From: Callorhinchus milii
Taxonomy: Eukaryota
Assembly (NCBI RefSeq): GCF_018977255.1
Contig: NW_024704743.1
Span: 46,502,001-46,566,000, forward strand
Length of the DNA: 64,000 nucleotides
Direction: 5' to 3'
The notes below the pieces were generated by a model. The model did no database searches. It had not been told where the DNA came from and was given only the letters and a program-made list of their open reading frames with translations. Position numbers and translations under genes: made by a program. Positions 12,281 to 25,677 of the stretch are shown here, one piece after another. Position 1 is the stretch's first letter, and the number at the start of each line of letters is the position of its first letter.

Positions 12281-15200
12281 CACAGAATATACTGTAAAGT
12301 TAATTGACTGTATATTTTGTGGGGAAAATACAGCAACCAATATTTAGCTCCACTTTTGAAATAAAGAAGTGTTGGGGTAAAAAATCACTGTAGATCAATA
12401 TTGTAGAAAAACAATATTAGGGGGAAAGAGTTGAGGAATGGGATTAGAAGAGATATTTCCAGTCAGTGAGCGGGTGAGCTCCAATCGGGGAGGTGTGTAG
12501 TCTCCAGTCGGGGAGTGAGTGATCTCCAGGGGGGAGCGAGTCAGTAATAGCACAGACACGATGGACTGAAAAACCTCAGCCTATGCTGTAAAAATTCTCT
12601 GATCTGATAAATGTTCTCTAGATTACCACTGATCTTTAAACTGGATGTTTATTTGATATGATTTTGAAAGTGCAAAGGGAAATCACAAGGGGACGCTCAC
12701 AAGATAAACACATTCACTTTGCTGTTTCTCATCCTGAGCAGTTGGTTTTATTGAAATCTCCTCATAGGAAACCACACCTGGCCATGTTTAAGTTGTGTAC
12801 GAGGTAATAGTATTTTTCCCAAATCCCATTTATCACTGCCAGAGCCCATTAGACATTTTGCCCATTAATCCCTACAGGCTATTTAAAGCCCAGGTTCGAC
12901 TCCTTAAACTATTTGGTAATCAATACGTTTAATTTTAACATGTCATCCATAGATGTATAAATGTGTCTCACAGACCGAAGAACTGTCAGAAATAAAAACA
13001 GTGTTTATTAACACTGGTAATCTTAGAAATTGACAGCTTTTTCATTGGGTGCCAGCATTATCCTTCAGATTCCAATGCATCATCAGGTGCCCCAGTTGAA
13101 TGAGTTTCACAAAAGCAGCCACTTTTTTTTTGTTGTATTCTTACTTTTTTAAGCTTCAGTTACTTTTCACTTTTGGTATAAAGAGTCTTGTATCTATGCC
13201 TCTGACAGTGCAATGGTTGACGTGTCCTGCATTGCCAGATCTGTAAATGAACAGATTCCCATGTCTGTGAACAGGATAGATAGAACTGCTTGGGATGTTT
13301 GCAGATTGCATTGAGAGATGTGGACCAGGACACTTCAATACTGCCTTTGGTCACAGATATCTGCTGATATATTTTCAGACAGCATCAATTTTTTAAAAAA
13401 AGACAGAGATCCTTATTTATTTAGACTGTTCAAAAACAGAAGTAGTGAAATAATAATAATATAATAATAATAATCCTTGCATTTGATATAGCACTTTTCA
13501 TATCTTCTAGATATCCCAAAGCGCTTCACAGAATATGTTGTAAAGTGAATTGACTATATATTTGTGGGCGAAAGCTGGTTTAACAAATTCCTTAACAAAT
13601 TCTTGTTAAACAAATTTGAGTAACTGCTGTGTGTCAGAAACCCTGTCAGATCAGGTTATGCACTTGTCATGTCTTGAAAGGCTGTAGTGTTAATTAAAGT
13701 AGAAAACCAGTGCAGGCTCAATTTTTTTCTGTCTGAAGTGATAGATGGGGTAAGGAACCGGAAGGTCTGTGGATGCTGGGAAGTTTACAGGACACAGTGG
13801 AGTTTGGTACAAGAGTCCAAGATCCTATTCTATTATGGGATGTAAAGTTCAGAAGCCTGAAATTGTACCTTGCCTTTAGAACATTTTATCTTAATATTTA
13901 AGATTGCTCAGACACAGATAATTCTTCACAACTAAATCGTGATTTGGAAGCTGTTTTTACACAGTTCATAAAAATAACCTTCTTCCAAATTATGACTTAA
14001 TTCGTGGATTATGGACAATTGTACCATTTTAAGGTAATCTGATTTCATAGACCCAAGACAAGCTGGGATCTCAGACTTCCGATTATTATGTCACAGTGGT
14101 TGGACTCAAATATGTCTGCAGCCCCTACTGAACTTGTCCAGCTTGTACCATTTGTGTGCTGGGTAAGAAAACGCCAGCTTAACTCGGTTTTAACAACAAA
14201 TAATTTTAACAACAACTTGCATTCGTATAGCACCTTTCACATCAGGCGGACGTCACAAGGCACTGGTCAGTCAAGGGTTTGCACCCGAGCTGGGGAGTCA
14301 AGAGTGTTGGAAGGCAAGAGGGGTGGACTATCGGAGAGTGAGTTAGTAAACGACTGCCTTTCCCGAAACAGGCCATCAAATGTCCCAGTCTGAGAGTGGG
14401 AAAGTGAATGCGTGGCTTGGCTTCACCCACATGCGTGTTTGACTGGGGTAGTAGTGTGGTGGGGGTGGATGGGAATGGGGGCTGCTGCCTCCTTCCAGAA
14501 AATTTGAGTATATTCTCAATCGATAATAGAAACGACTAATTTCAAAGTTAAAATGAAGCCCAGCAGACTGTTCAGAAAGTGAACAATGTGGCTTTTTTAA
14601 AAATTCCTTGTAGCTTCAGGACTTGTGGGTTAGCAGGCCCTACTCCCTTGCAATGTAAACTCTGTCTGGAGTGCTTCTTACTTAGCATGTTTCTTACATG
14701 CAAGGACTTCAGATAGTAAGCCAGCAGATTGTAATGAGAAATGCAGTATTGGCACCTTTTAGTGTACTGTTTATGCCTTTGATCATTCACAGGCAGTCAG
14801 ATCTCGCTCTTTGATATTTATATATAAGAAATTGTCAAAACATGCACACATTGAACTGATAACAATTCCCACCATGCTAGTGATCTGCTGAATTGTAGTT
14901 CCTATAAAACCATTGTTTACGCTGTTCTGATACATCACAGCAGAGCTGATGCAATGTAATGTTTCCTTTTAACTCTATTACTCCTTGAGTCAGTTATGTG
15001 GTTTGCTACATTAACTATGCCACATTGTTCATCCATTCCCTATCTGCGTGACAATGTATGAACACAATTTTTCAGGGAAAGAATGAGACCTGGAGGCTCC
15101 CTTCCTGCTTGTGTGCCTTAAGGGATATATTGATTGTGAAACAGATAAGTCAAAACTAAAGGGCATGATGTGCTTAAAAGAAAACATGAACCTGTCTCTC

Positions 15201-15552
15201 TATATATAAATATCTATCTCCCACTCCATACAGCGCTGTCATTACATAATTCTCTATTGAAGAATCATCAAAAAACACAGCGAAAGCTGTATTCAAAGAA
15301 GGGTGTTTTCCACATTTCCTTTTATACATCAAAGACATAAGCAATAGATTTAAGGTTAGAAGAAGGGCAGTGCCTGCCTACTGATGTACTGACAGTGTTG
15401 TGGAAAGGATTTACTATTCCAGAGTAGTATTTACAATGGCTACCCATTGCAACATATATAGGTCCCTGTTTCATCCTCCAAATAATATAGAACGAGCAGG
15501 ATAAAGGTCTACACACTATATTGGACGTGTGATTTGAAATTCAAATCCAGTT

Positions 15553-15868
15553 GTCAGCTTGGCTCAGCTGATAGAATTCTCGCCTCTGAGTCAGATGGTT
15601 GCGAGTTTAAGCCTCACATTGAGACTTTGAACTCAAAGATCCCATGGCACTACTCAAAAAGAGAAGTAAGACAACAATACCCAAAATACAACAATGTCAT
15701 TCATTTCATGGCTGTTGATGAGACATTGCTGTGCACAAAATGACTTATCATGTTTGCCTACAAAGCGCACAAATACACAGTCACTACACTTTATATTATT
15801 TCCTGTGAAGTGCTTTGAGATGTACTCCTAATGAGAAAGGTGCTTTATCAAATGTAACGATTATTAAT
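15553..15868 (+). mobile_element. Deu-type SINE, internally deleted; similar copies at ~2125-2330(-), 18715-19072(+), 30345-30570(+), 38395-38670(-), 53560-53930(-)
   Basis: ggctcagctgatag head, aaagatcccatggcactactc core, shared 3' region. Confidence 0.7.
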
Positions 15869-18294
15869 CTAGGGAAGCATTAAGGAATTACGAATTAATG
15901 CTGTATTTATATTGCACTTTTGGTGGTGAGTCACTGTAATTTTGCCAATGATTGCCACCAAAGGTACAGTGTATAGAGTGTATATAGAGTGAATGGAGGG
16001 TGTGGGTTTTAGGCAGTTGCCCTGCACATGACAACATCTAGAATGCATGGTTTCAGGAACACAGTCATTCATGAAGTATAAACACATCCGGTGCAAATAA
16101 TCAACATAGGCTTCACTCTCCTTTCAAAATTCTTGTGTGAGAACATTGGGCAAACTATTTTTTAATGATACCTTATTGCTGATCTGTTCAATTTCCAATT
16201 ACCAAATGCACATCTTCAGGTGTTTGTTTTTTCGGACTTGATTCAAAGTGTTGTAAAGTGAAAAGTATAAATCGGGATCCTGCTGCACATTGCTTCACTC
16301 TTGGGAGCAAAAGTTCTCAGCGGTATGAAGGCAGTATTAGTCTTTTGTGTATGTTGCTCAGAACCCATGACCATCCACCTACATTAAAGTTTACAGTGTC
16401 AATGTGAGCCAAGCACATGGATACAAATGAAATACTTTCCATTTTAGTCACTAATCCTGCAATATTAGGGTAGGAAAAGACTTCATTCTAATGCTTTCCA
16501 GAATTTCCTTACAAATGAAACAATGGGAAAAATAATGGCTGACAGGCGGAATGAAAAGGGATTACTGACCATTGATGACATAGTCCTGCATATGAACCCT
16601 TTTTACTGTACTCAAGAACCACACCCAGAGAGTCAAGAAGTTTCCAACAAGCTCCATATGTTTCCAGCTCAAACTGTGGTATAATGAGATAATCATAAAA
16701 ACAAGAAAAACTTCATTTGAGGATTTCCCAAATGGAAAAAAAGCCAAATGACCTCAAAATGATTTGACTGCCTCTGTACCCATATGGAGGTGGTTTTGTA
16801 TCTAGTTAGGTAGTGAAAGCGCCAGTGGCTTCATGTAACACACCAAGTGTGTGGGAAGAATAGCAGTTTGATAGTGAAACACCATAATAGTAAACCATTT
16901 CACAGATATTTTAGGTACCAATTTAGGAGGCACTGCACATTTAATGGGGGTCATTTGTTTTGTTGGACAAGGTGAGCTACATAGTCAGCTCCAAGATAAC
17001 CGTTGCTTTTATATTTCCAAAGCTGTTTTGTGCAGTATCTGTCTTTTCTTGATCTAATTCTGATTCTGCCTTGACATAGTAGCGGCTCTGATGCAGAACA
17101 AAGAGATTCAGTGAAGCTGTGCTTCTCTCATAACCACGTAATAGCTCTCAGAGCCCTTATTAGCCCTATCTCTAGTCTTATTAAAAATGCATGAGCATTG
17201 CTTAATTAATAATTTTTCATTTGCTCTTGTAAATGAAATTGATTTCAGCTAGAGCTTAAATTTGCCAGTGTTTTGCTACTCTTGACCTGATAAATTAGCA
17301 CATGCTCTACAGATGCCGCTTTGTACAATTACACCTCAGTCTGCAATTTAATGCATAGTAACAATATTTTGCTTCTGTTGTTTTTCTTATTTTTTACCAG
17401 CTCATTTTTTCGGCTTCACTCCCGCTATTACTTGTGTTTCTGCCTATGGCCAGCAGGAAACCTATTGCCCAACTCCTGACTGTTGCTCCCGGACTGGTTT
17501 AATAAGAGGTGTCCAAGAGCAACATGTGTTGTTGCTTTGACTCATGCTTTGACTTTTCCCTCCCCTGCAGGAAGTACCTCACTTCCGCAAAATTTGTGGT
17601 GTGTGAGAACTCATATATTGTCCTGCTCTTTAGTGTAGTACTGAGGTTCTATGCAAATCATACCATCCACTTGAACAGAGTAGATTCCTGGGCAATATTC
17701 CAAGTTTGGGATCAGTATTCCAGCATTAATGCGTTAGTTCCAATCTGTGAAACCACACCATTGGACCTATTTGGTTACTGGTAGCTTGCAATATAAGTTT
17801 AAGGATGTAGCTTTATTAAGAGGGTTTATTTGAAAAACATGATCCTGCGTTCTGACTGTAGCCTGTTGTTATTTTCACTTTTCCCACACAGTCATTCTTT
17901 CCTGGCATGCTCTCTTACGAATGTGGCTACATTTCCGCCCCACAAGCAAGGCTTGTATTTACCAAGTTAGTTCAGTTGTGTGGATTGGCAGAGGTGTACA
18001 AGTCACAAGCCAGACTACTTCTCACTCAGGCAGCATTAACTTGCCCTTTATTGTCAGGCAGTCATTTCTTGTTCAAAGAGAAGCTCGCAAATTGTAATAT
18101 TTGCACTACTGTTCTGGAAAGATTATTAACATCTACGGTAAGACGTTAGCAAAATGACTTGACTAGTTGTTCTTTATTGATTTAGAAAGTTTTGACTTTG
18201 GAACAGCCTGGATAAGCCCATTGGTCCTCGTGATGGAGGATTATATCAGTGATGGATCATAAGACTACTGGTTGGGGGGGGCTACGAGGTTGAG

Positions 18295-18720
18295 TTACAA
18301 CAATGTGCACTTATATAAAGCCTTTCATTTGGGGAGAACATCTTAGAGTGCTTCACAAAGTGAAGTGGGAGCCCATGCTGGGAGGGAGACGGGATTAGGG
18401 GAAGGGTGGTTGAAGGCAAGTTTTGAAAGCAGACAGGGAGGGGGCATAATGGAGAGATTTTGGAAGAGAGTTCTAGACGATGGGAGTAAAGTGCCTTCTG
18501 ATGATAGGACAAAGCAGATGGGCTTGAAGGTGTCCAGAATTGGTGGAGTGGAGAGAATGGCTGGAGGTTTAGAGTCTCAGGAGATGTCAGGGATAGGGTG
18601 AGACAAGTGCATGGAGGCACTTAAAGGTAAAGGCGAGGATTTTAAAGTCTATCTCCTGGGGGATAGAGAGCTAGTAGAGCCAGGCGAGGATGTGGGTGTT
18701 GGGGACACAGAGCCTAGTGC
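18295..18720 (-). mobile_element. Old L2 3' fragment
   Basis: Similar to other L2 3' ends (gaggattttaaagtctatctcctgggggat). Confidence 0.7.
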
Positions 18721-19074
18721 CAGTTGGTAGCACTCTCTTATGGGTTGAAGCCACATATCGGGAATTTGAACCCACAGTCAAGGCTGACACTTGAATTCAG
18801 TGCTGGGGGACTTTAAACTGAGGTCCCATCTGCCTGTTGAAGAGGACATTAAAGATCCTATGGCACTGTTCAAAAAAGAAAACATTTCTCTACATGCCCT
18901 TGTCAACAATCCCCAAATTCATGGCTATTTGTGGGATATTGCTGTGCACAGAATAGCTATGGCATTTCTGTACAAAATACACAGTTACTACACTTTACTG
19001 TAAATCCTGTAAAATACTTTGAAAGGTCCTGCTGATATGAAAGGCGTTACATTAATTGCAAGGATTATTATTAA

Positions 19075-19875
19075 TGGGGTGAGAATACAAGCTGCCAAAT
19101 TGAGATTGATTTGCAGCTAAAGAAGGATGAGGTTGGGGAGGCCTGTGAACAGGGCATTAAGAAGTCAAGTCTAGAGGTGTCAGAAGTGTTGTTGAAGACT
19201 TTGGCTGTATCGGGGTGAGTTAGTAACAGATACAGGTGATGTTGTGGAGATGGAGGAACCCAGATGAAAGGTTTGCTGGAGAGATGAGCGTTGAATACAG
19301 GCTGAGATTCCAAGGCTCCATGAGTTGGAGTGAGATAATAGAAAGGTTGATATGTCAACACCTGAGGTGAGGAGGCACTGATAATATAATAATATAATAA
19401 TAATCCTTGCATTTGATATAGCGCTTTTCACGTCTTCTAGAAGTCTCAAAGCGCTTCACAGAATATACTGTAAAGTGAATTGACTGTATATTTGTGGGCG
19501 AAACGCAGCAGCCAATTGCGCACAGCAGTGTCCCACAAACAGTAGTGGATTGAAAATGACAAATTTATTATTGTTTTGTTTTGGAGGGATTATTATTAGG
19601 CGTGTGGAGTAAGGAAACTTGCCCAAGGTTTCGCCCTGCCTGGAATTGAACCCAGGTGTCTCACTTGCAAGGCGAGGGCTCTAACCACTGAGCTACAGGA
19701 CTCCACTGGAAGCCAAGCAGGATAGCTTCAGTTTTGTTTTGTCAAAGTTGGGCTCAAAACAGTTCAGGCTCAGCCAGGACTTGATGTCTGACAGGCAATT
19801 GTTCAGAACAGCAGTAGTCCTTGAGATGAGGGTGGAGACAGAAATGTAAAGTTGTGTTAACATAGGCCATCTCAT
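19075..19875 (-). mobile_element. Old L2 RT fragment split by a SINE at 19383-19705
   Basis: TQLYIS...CLSDIKSWLSLN on one side of the SINE and TSRLD on the other. Confidence 0.75.
19383..19705 (-). mobile_element. tRNA-Ala SINE, short subtype
   Basis: Reverse complement of the family, ending ctaaccactgagctacaggactcca. Confidence 0.92.
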
Positions 19876-20886
19876 CTGTCTTCATTGCTAGTATTGGAGT
19901 GTTAGGAACTGTCTTCAGCACATTGGTAGGATGAGTCTAGCTCGCTTCAACATAGTTTGCCTCAGTTTGTACTGTTAATTATGTCTCTCTGAGGAAGAGT
20001 TCAGTGAAAGCCTGAAGAATTCTCATAAGGAATGATAGGAAACAATCAGAGTCTCGGAAACTTCAGTTCTGTGTTACTTAAAACATATTGAACAAATGAA
20101 CACATCATGATGTTTGAGTCTAAACCTCATTTAGTGCAGGAGTGCATGCAGAGGCTAGCGTTGCTTACAGTACTTTAATTCATCATGGGCTAATACAGGT
20201 ATAAGGTACAAAGTCCTTTCTAAGTCCCTTTACCCACAGGAATTCATGATAGAACTTCTATAATGCTAATAAGTATTTATTTGCTTGATATGACATATCT
20301 GTAAGAAACATTAATGCCTTAATAAAAGATTACATAAAATAAGAGGGAAATGAATAGTGGTTTATGCATGTGTGTGGATGTTTTGACGAGGTACGTTCAT
20401 TTCTGCAGTGCATTGGAGGAGCTTCAGTCTGGCAAGCTTGTCTGCAGGTATGTGTTTTTGTACTACTTTCTATATCAAGTCTGACCTAGTATTTTATCAC
20501 TGTTTGTGCAGCACAGGTAGTGAATGTTGTGTACCCAGTAGGTGCTGAGCTGCTTATTGACACTGAGAGAGTTTTTAGCTTTCCTGCTGGAGTAGATTGA
20601 TTTAGTTTTATTGAAAAAGGATCAGACTCCATTGTTAGATTGCTTGAGAAGTGGTTTCCAGGAGAGAGCTCACGGCAGGCAAACACCTGGAAAAATAGTG
20701 ATTGTGGGTTCAGTTTTAAGTAGGGCTTTCAGGCAGCAAAGAGAGTGAATGAGAGAAAGAAAAGTTTATTATCCAGCAATAGTTTGTATTCTGAGCGTAA
20801 AATAAGAAGAATGTGATCCGGCGATGGGCAGTGATGAACATAAGGAAAAAATGTTTCATGATAGATTCATTTTACTTATTATAATT

Positions 20887-22409
20887 AGCCCACTACTGGC
20901 TGATATTATCAACCAGTCCCTCTCCTCCGGATCAGTCCCTGCCTCCCTCAAAACTGCTGACATCACCCCCCTCCTGAAAAAACCCTCCCTACATCCCTCA
21001 AACCCCAGCCATTACCGCCCCATTTCTAACCTGCCCTTCCTCTCAAAAGTTCTAGAACGCGTTGTTGCCAATAACTCCGCGCACACCTCTCCTCCCACTC
21101 CCTCTTCGAACCCCTCCAATCCGGTTTCCGCCCACAGTACAGAGACGGCGCTTGTGAAAGTCACAAACGACATCCTTTCTATCTGTGACCAGGGCACCCT
21201 CTGCCTCCTTGTCCTCCTGGACCTCTTGGCCGTTCGACACAGTCAATCACTCCATCCTCCTCCACCGCCTTTCCTCCGTCATCCACCTCAGTGGGTCCGC
21301 ACTTGCCTGGTTCAAGTCCTACCTCACGAACCGCCAGCAGTACATCTGCACCAACGGCTTCTCCTCCCAATCTCTCCCGGTTACCTGCGGGGTAGCCCAA
21401 GGATCCATCCTTCACCCCCTCCTCTTTCTGATCTACATGCTCCCTCTTGGGGATGTCATCCCCAGACTTGGGGTACACTTCCACATGTATGCAGATGACA
21501 CCCAACTCTACTTTTCCACCTCACTTTGCAACCCCCAGTCCCCTGATGTTCTGTCAGGCTGCCTGTCGGATCGCAGGGGCTGGATGAGCGCAAACTTCCT
21601 TCAGCTGAACGTTGACAAGACGGAAGCCATACTCTTTGGCTCTCGTCAATGTCTAAAATCTCACGGTTCTCACCTCTTCCACCTACCCGACCTCCCCTTA
21701 AAACTCTCCGAACCCGTACGCAACCTAGGCATCAGGTTCGACCCCCAATTATCCTTCCTCCCCCACATCCGGTGCCTCACTAGCACCGCTTTCTTCCACC
21801 TCCGATGCATCGCCCGTCTCCGCCAATACCTTTCCCCAAAAGCCGCTGAAAACCTGGTCCAAGCCTTTGTCACCTCTCAGCTGTACTACTCCAACGCCCT
21901 CCTCGCTGGTCTCCCATCCACTACCATCCATAAATTCCAAATCATTCAAAACACTGCCGCCCGCATTCTCACCCGCACGAAACTCCGCTCCCCGATCACC
22001 CCAGTCCTTGCCAGACTGCACTGGCTGCTTATCCCAGAGAGGTCGATTTCAAGATGCACTCTTCTGCACCCCCCTACCTCTCTGATCTCCTCTCTCCTCA
22101 AAACTGTAGCCGTTGCCTTCGTTCCTCTGGGTCTGGCCTCCTCCTCGTCCCCCGAGTCCTCCGCTCCATCCTTGGCGGCCATGTCTTCAGCCACTATGCC
22201 CCGAGGCTCTGGAACTGCCTTCCTCACTCCCTTCGCTCCCTCCCTTCCCATTTTCAGGTGTCTGCTGAAAACCTTTCTTTTCGATTGCGCCTTTGGTCAC
22301 CTTCCCCCCCCTCCCCCTGGCTCAGCCCTGGGATCTGTTACTGTAAAGCGTTCTGAGACGCCGTCTGGCGTGGAGGGCGCTATATAAATCCAAGTTGTTG
22401 TTGTTGTTG
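20887..22409 (+). mobile_element. 5'-truncated, frameshifted L2-clade LINE (RT domain to 3' tail)
   Basis: PLLKKPSL...YRPISNLPFLSKVLE, STETAL, GVAQGSILHPLLF, YADDTQLY, LNVDKTE; ends ctatataaatccaagttgttgttgttgttg. Confidence 0.95.
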
Positions 22410-22459
22410 ATAATGTTAAAAATCTGTTCAGACGCAGTGCAACAGAAGGTGAGATGTGA

Positions 22460-22685
22460 TCCCCATCCTTCCCTCTCCTGGCCCCCCACTCCCCTCCCTC
22501 TGCCAGCCTCCCACCCTCCCTCTCCTGGCCACCCCAACCGTCCCTCTCCTGGCCCCCCCTCCCTCTCTCGGGTCCCCCCCTCCCTCTCCCGCCCCCTTCC
22601 CCTTCCCTCTCCCGGCACCCTCCCTCTCCCGGCCCCTCCCAGCCCCCCACTCCCTCTCCCGCCCACCTCTCCCTCCCCTCCCCCA
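22460..22685. repeat. C-rich polypyrimidine low-complexity tract
   Basis: Repeated ccctctcc(t/c)ggcccc-like units with many C runs. Confidence 0.9.
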
Positions 22686-23547
22686 GAAGTTACCAGGAGT
22701 TCTATACTTTAATGAGTGTACTATCTACTGCATGCTTTGTGAATTGATTTCTTACTCCCTACTTCCAACGATTTAGCTAATAACATTTGTGGAACTGTAG
22801 CAGTAAAAGAAACTGATCAACCACCAAGACACACAAAACGCATTATTTCTAATTGATTATGAATGTGAAAGTCAATTGTGTTGGGAGTGGAAAGGGTCAG
22901 TGTGATACACATCTGGTTACCAGCAGATTTTTTATGTTTGGGAATCCTGTTGTGAACACTGAGTTTTTAACCCACGTATAGAAGAGTAGGCGCTGGGAGG
23001 ATGTATCAAGTCTAGCTGTGAGAGAACTATTTAAGAAGTACAGGATCAGATGACTCACAGAGATTTAAGCAAACAGCTTTGTGTTTTTCCCCAATAGTTT
23101 ACTAAGTAAGTATATAAAGGATATTCATGATTAGTTCAAGGAATATTTAATCAATATTGTGGACTTCAAGTGCAACATGAAAGCATATCAGATGTTTTGA
23201 CTTTCCCCAACTTTGTTTGCCTTTAGCCAAAGTTCTATTATTATTTGAACTTAACAATGTTTTGAAGGGTTTGTTTTATGGCGTGTGAAAGGTCTTTCAC
23301 ACATTTCCCATTAGAAATTGCTGCATATCAGAGCCGTGTAACATTCTGAGGACGTTTTCAAACAAGAGCTAAAAAGGGGTTTTAAAAGAGTACAATAGTT
23401 TTGTTTCATAGCCCTGAAGAGAAAACCTTGTGATGTCACTTTATCTTGTTGTGTTACAGCAGGGGAAATCTGATTTCCACACACACGGTTATTTTTTTAA
23501 ACAAATCTTGTACGCTTTTGCCATCACCCATAGAATTGACAATGCAA

Positions 23548-24030
23548 CCTCAGAATCGAGCCAATCCTCTGTGGTGGTCTTGGTAATCCAATTCCTGATC
23601 CAGGTGGGGCCGCAGTATTCCAGGGCACAGCAGTATTCCTGGCTGATCAGCAGGACTTGGAGTGGTAGACTAGTCACTGGAGGCAGGGATTCTTCCCATT
23701 CAGCTCATGTTAACCTGTAAGCCAAAGCCCTAATAGGTAGGGTTGCCCTAGCTGGAAAAGAAGTGTGAAAGTTTGCTAGACAATGCTATCAATGGCAAGC
23801 TATGTGTCTTTTAGTGGTTAGGCTCCATAAATACCTGAATGCACATTCTGGGGTCCCCAAGCCTCGGCTGTTGCTAACCTGTGCCTAAATACTCTCTGAA
23901 ATGAGATAATCAGGATGCGTCGCTCCAGGGAGAGAATTCCTCAGGAATTTCCATGTATAGGTGGGATACATGGAAGTCTGTTTGGTTTGAATGCTGATTG
24001 ATTTCCACATGCATCAGATACCTGGTTACC
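23548..24030 (+). repeat. Unclassified interspersed repeat (family X); other copies 4366-4950(+), 6725-7260(-), 30955-31075(-), 40165-40362(+), 41050-41520(-)
   Basis: Blocks shared in the same order: tcagaatcgagcc-tcctctgtggtggtctt, gccaaagccctaat, tggggtccccaagcct, ttccatgtataggtg, gtttggttt. Confidence 0.8.
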
Positions 24031-24824
24031 CAAAAGGAAAAGGCCACCGATGCTGTAGGAAGAAAAGTTTCTGAAAAAAGGCAAGAAATATTGGAGTAGA
24101 AATTGCAGGAATGATGTGATATCACATTGCTGATAAATTTAGTCGACACAGTTAGTAATCATTACCTTGGTCTGTGGGTAAGGAACTGAACTCCCCTCCC
24201 TCCCCCCCCAACTGGTACTCGACTTATAATAATAATAATCCTTACATTTGCTATAGCGCATTTTACGTCTTCTCGACGTCTCAAAGCGCTTCACAGAATA
24301 GACTGTAAAGTATATTTGTGGGCGAAACGCGGCAGCCAATTGTGCACAGCAGTGTCCCACAAACAGTCGTGGATTGAATCCCCCAGATAAATTGATCACT
24401 CATCTCATGATTGTTTGTGGGACATTGCTGACATAAATTGACAACAATTACACTCATCAGACTTGACAATAGTTACTATGAAGCATTTGAGACATGATAA
24501 GGTACAACACAAATGCAAGTTCCTTTTTATAGAATAATAGACAGTTTCCAGCAAAGAAGGGCGTGGTTCAACCTATTGTGTCTGTGCTGGTCCTAGCTTT
24601 CCCACAGCTGAATAAAACCAAATCACGTTCCCCTGGGCTGTGATATTTTTTCTCAAGTATTTGTAATAATAATAGTAATAATAATAATCCTTGCATTTGA
24701 TGTAATGCTTTTAATGTTGGGAGGACATCTCAAGGTACTTCACAGATTTACTGTAAAGTGGGGTGGCTTTATGTAGCAGGCAAATGCAGAAGTCAATTTG
24801 CGCACAGCAAATTAAGGACTTGAT

Positions 24825-25080
24825 AACAACAACAAATTACACGTATAGTGCCCTTCACATCGGAAAGATGTCCCAGGGCGCTGGGCAATCAGGGGTTTTG
24901 GACCTGAGCTTGGAATTGGGGTCAGGAAGGAAGTAGGGGGGTGGGATGGTAGCTGAAGGCACGATCAAAGAGGAAGGTCTTCAGGCAGGACTTCAAGGAG
25001 GCAAGAGAGGGGGTGAGATGGAGGGATTGCGGGATAGAGTTCCAGAGTGTGGGGGCAGAGAGGCTGAATGCCCGACTGCC
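24825..25080 (-). mobile_element. L2 3' fragment
   Basis: IGSRAFSLSAPTLWNSIP...LKTFLFDRAF plus tail. Confidence 0.85.
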
Positions 25081-25130
25081 AATAAGATGCTGTATCAAAT
25101 ACAAGAATTATTTCTGTGCATAGAATTCAA

Positions 25131-25442
25131 CGTGGGGTCCTGTAGATCAGTGGTTAGAGCACTCGCCTTGCAAGCGAGACACCTGGATTCAATTCCAGGC
25201 AGGGCGAAACCTTGGGCAAGTTTCCTTACTCTACACGCCTAATAATAATCCCTCCAAAAAACAAAACAATAATAAATTGTTCATTTTCAATCCACGACTG
25301 TTTGTGAGACACTGCTGTGCGCAATTGGCTGCCACATTTCACCCACAAGTATACAGTCAATTCACTTTACAGCATATTCTGTGAAACGCTTTGAGACGTG
25401 TAGAAGACGTGAAAAGCACTATATCAGATGCAAGGATTATTG
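25131..25442 (+). mobile_element. tRNA-Ala SINE, short subtype
   Basis: Same head, body and tail. Confidence 0.9.
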
Positions 25443-25677
25443 TCATTGTCTCAAGAATAGTAATTTTGTTCAACAATGCTACTGTCACTTATGAGTGTTG
25501 CTTACGAAGGACAAAGCAATTCCATTCACTTTGAGTACCCACAATAAGGGCAGTGCCTCTTTAAAGCACCTCCCGGAACTAAGCTTACTGTACCCCTGCC
25601 AGCAGAACAATTGAACTGAGAACTGACTGACTCAGGTCATTCAATTTGCATCATACGTCCCATCGTTCACAACGACG

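Noticed and set aside
21185..22387. 400-aa ORF as a functional reverse transcriptase gene
   Set aside because: 5'-truncated, frameshifted at both ends of the RT, and lacks the endonuclease; a dead L2
22297..22776. Pro-rich and Gly/Arg-rich ORFs
   Set aside because: Translations of a low-complexity C-rich tract
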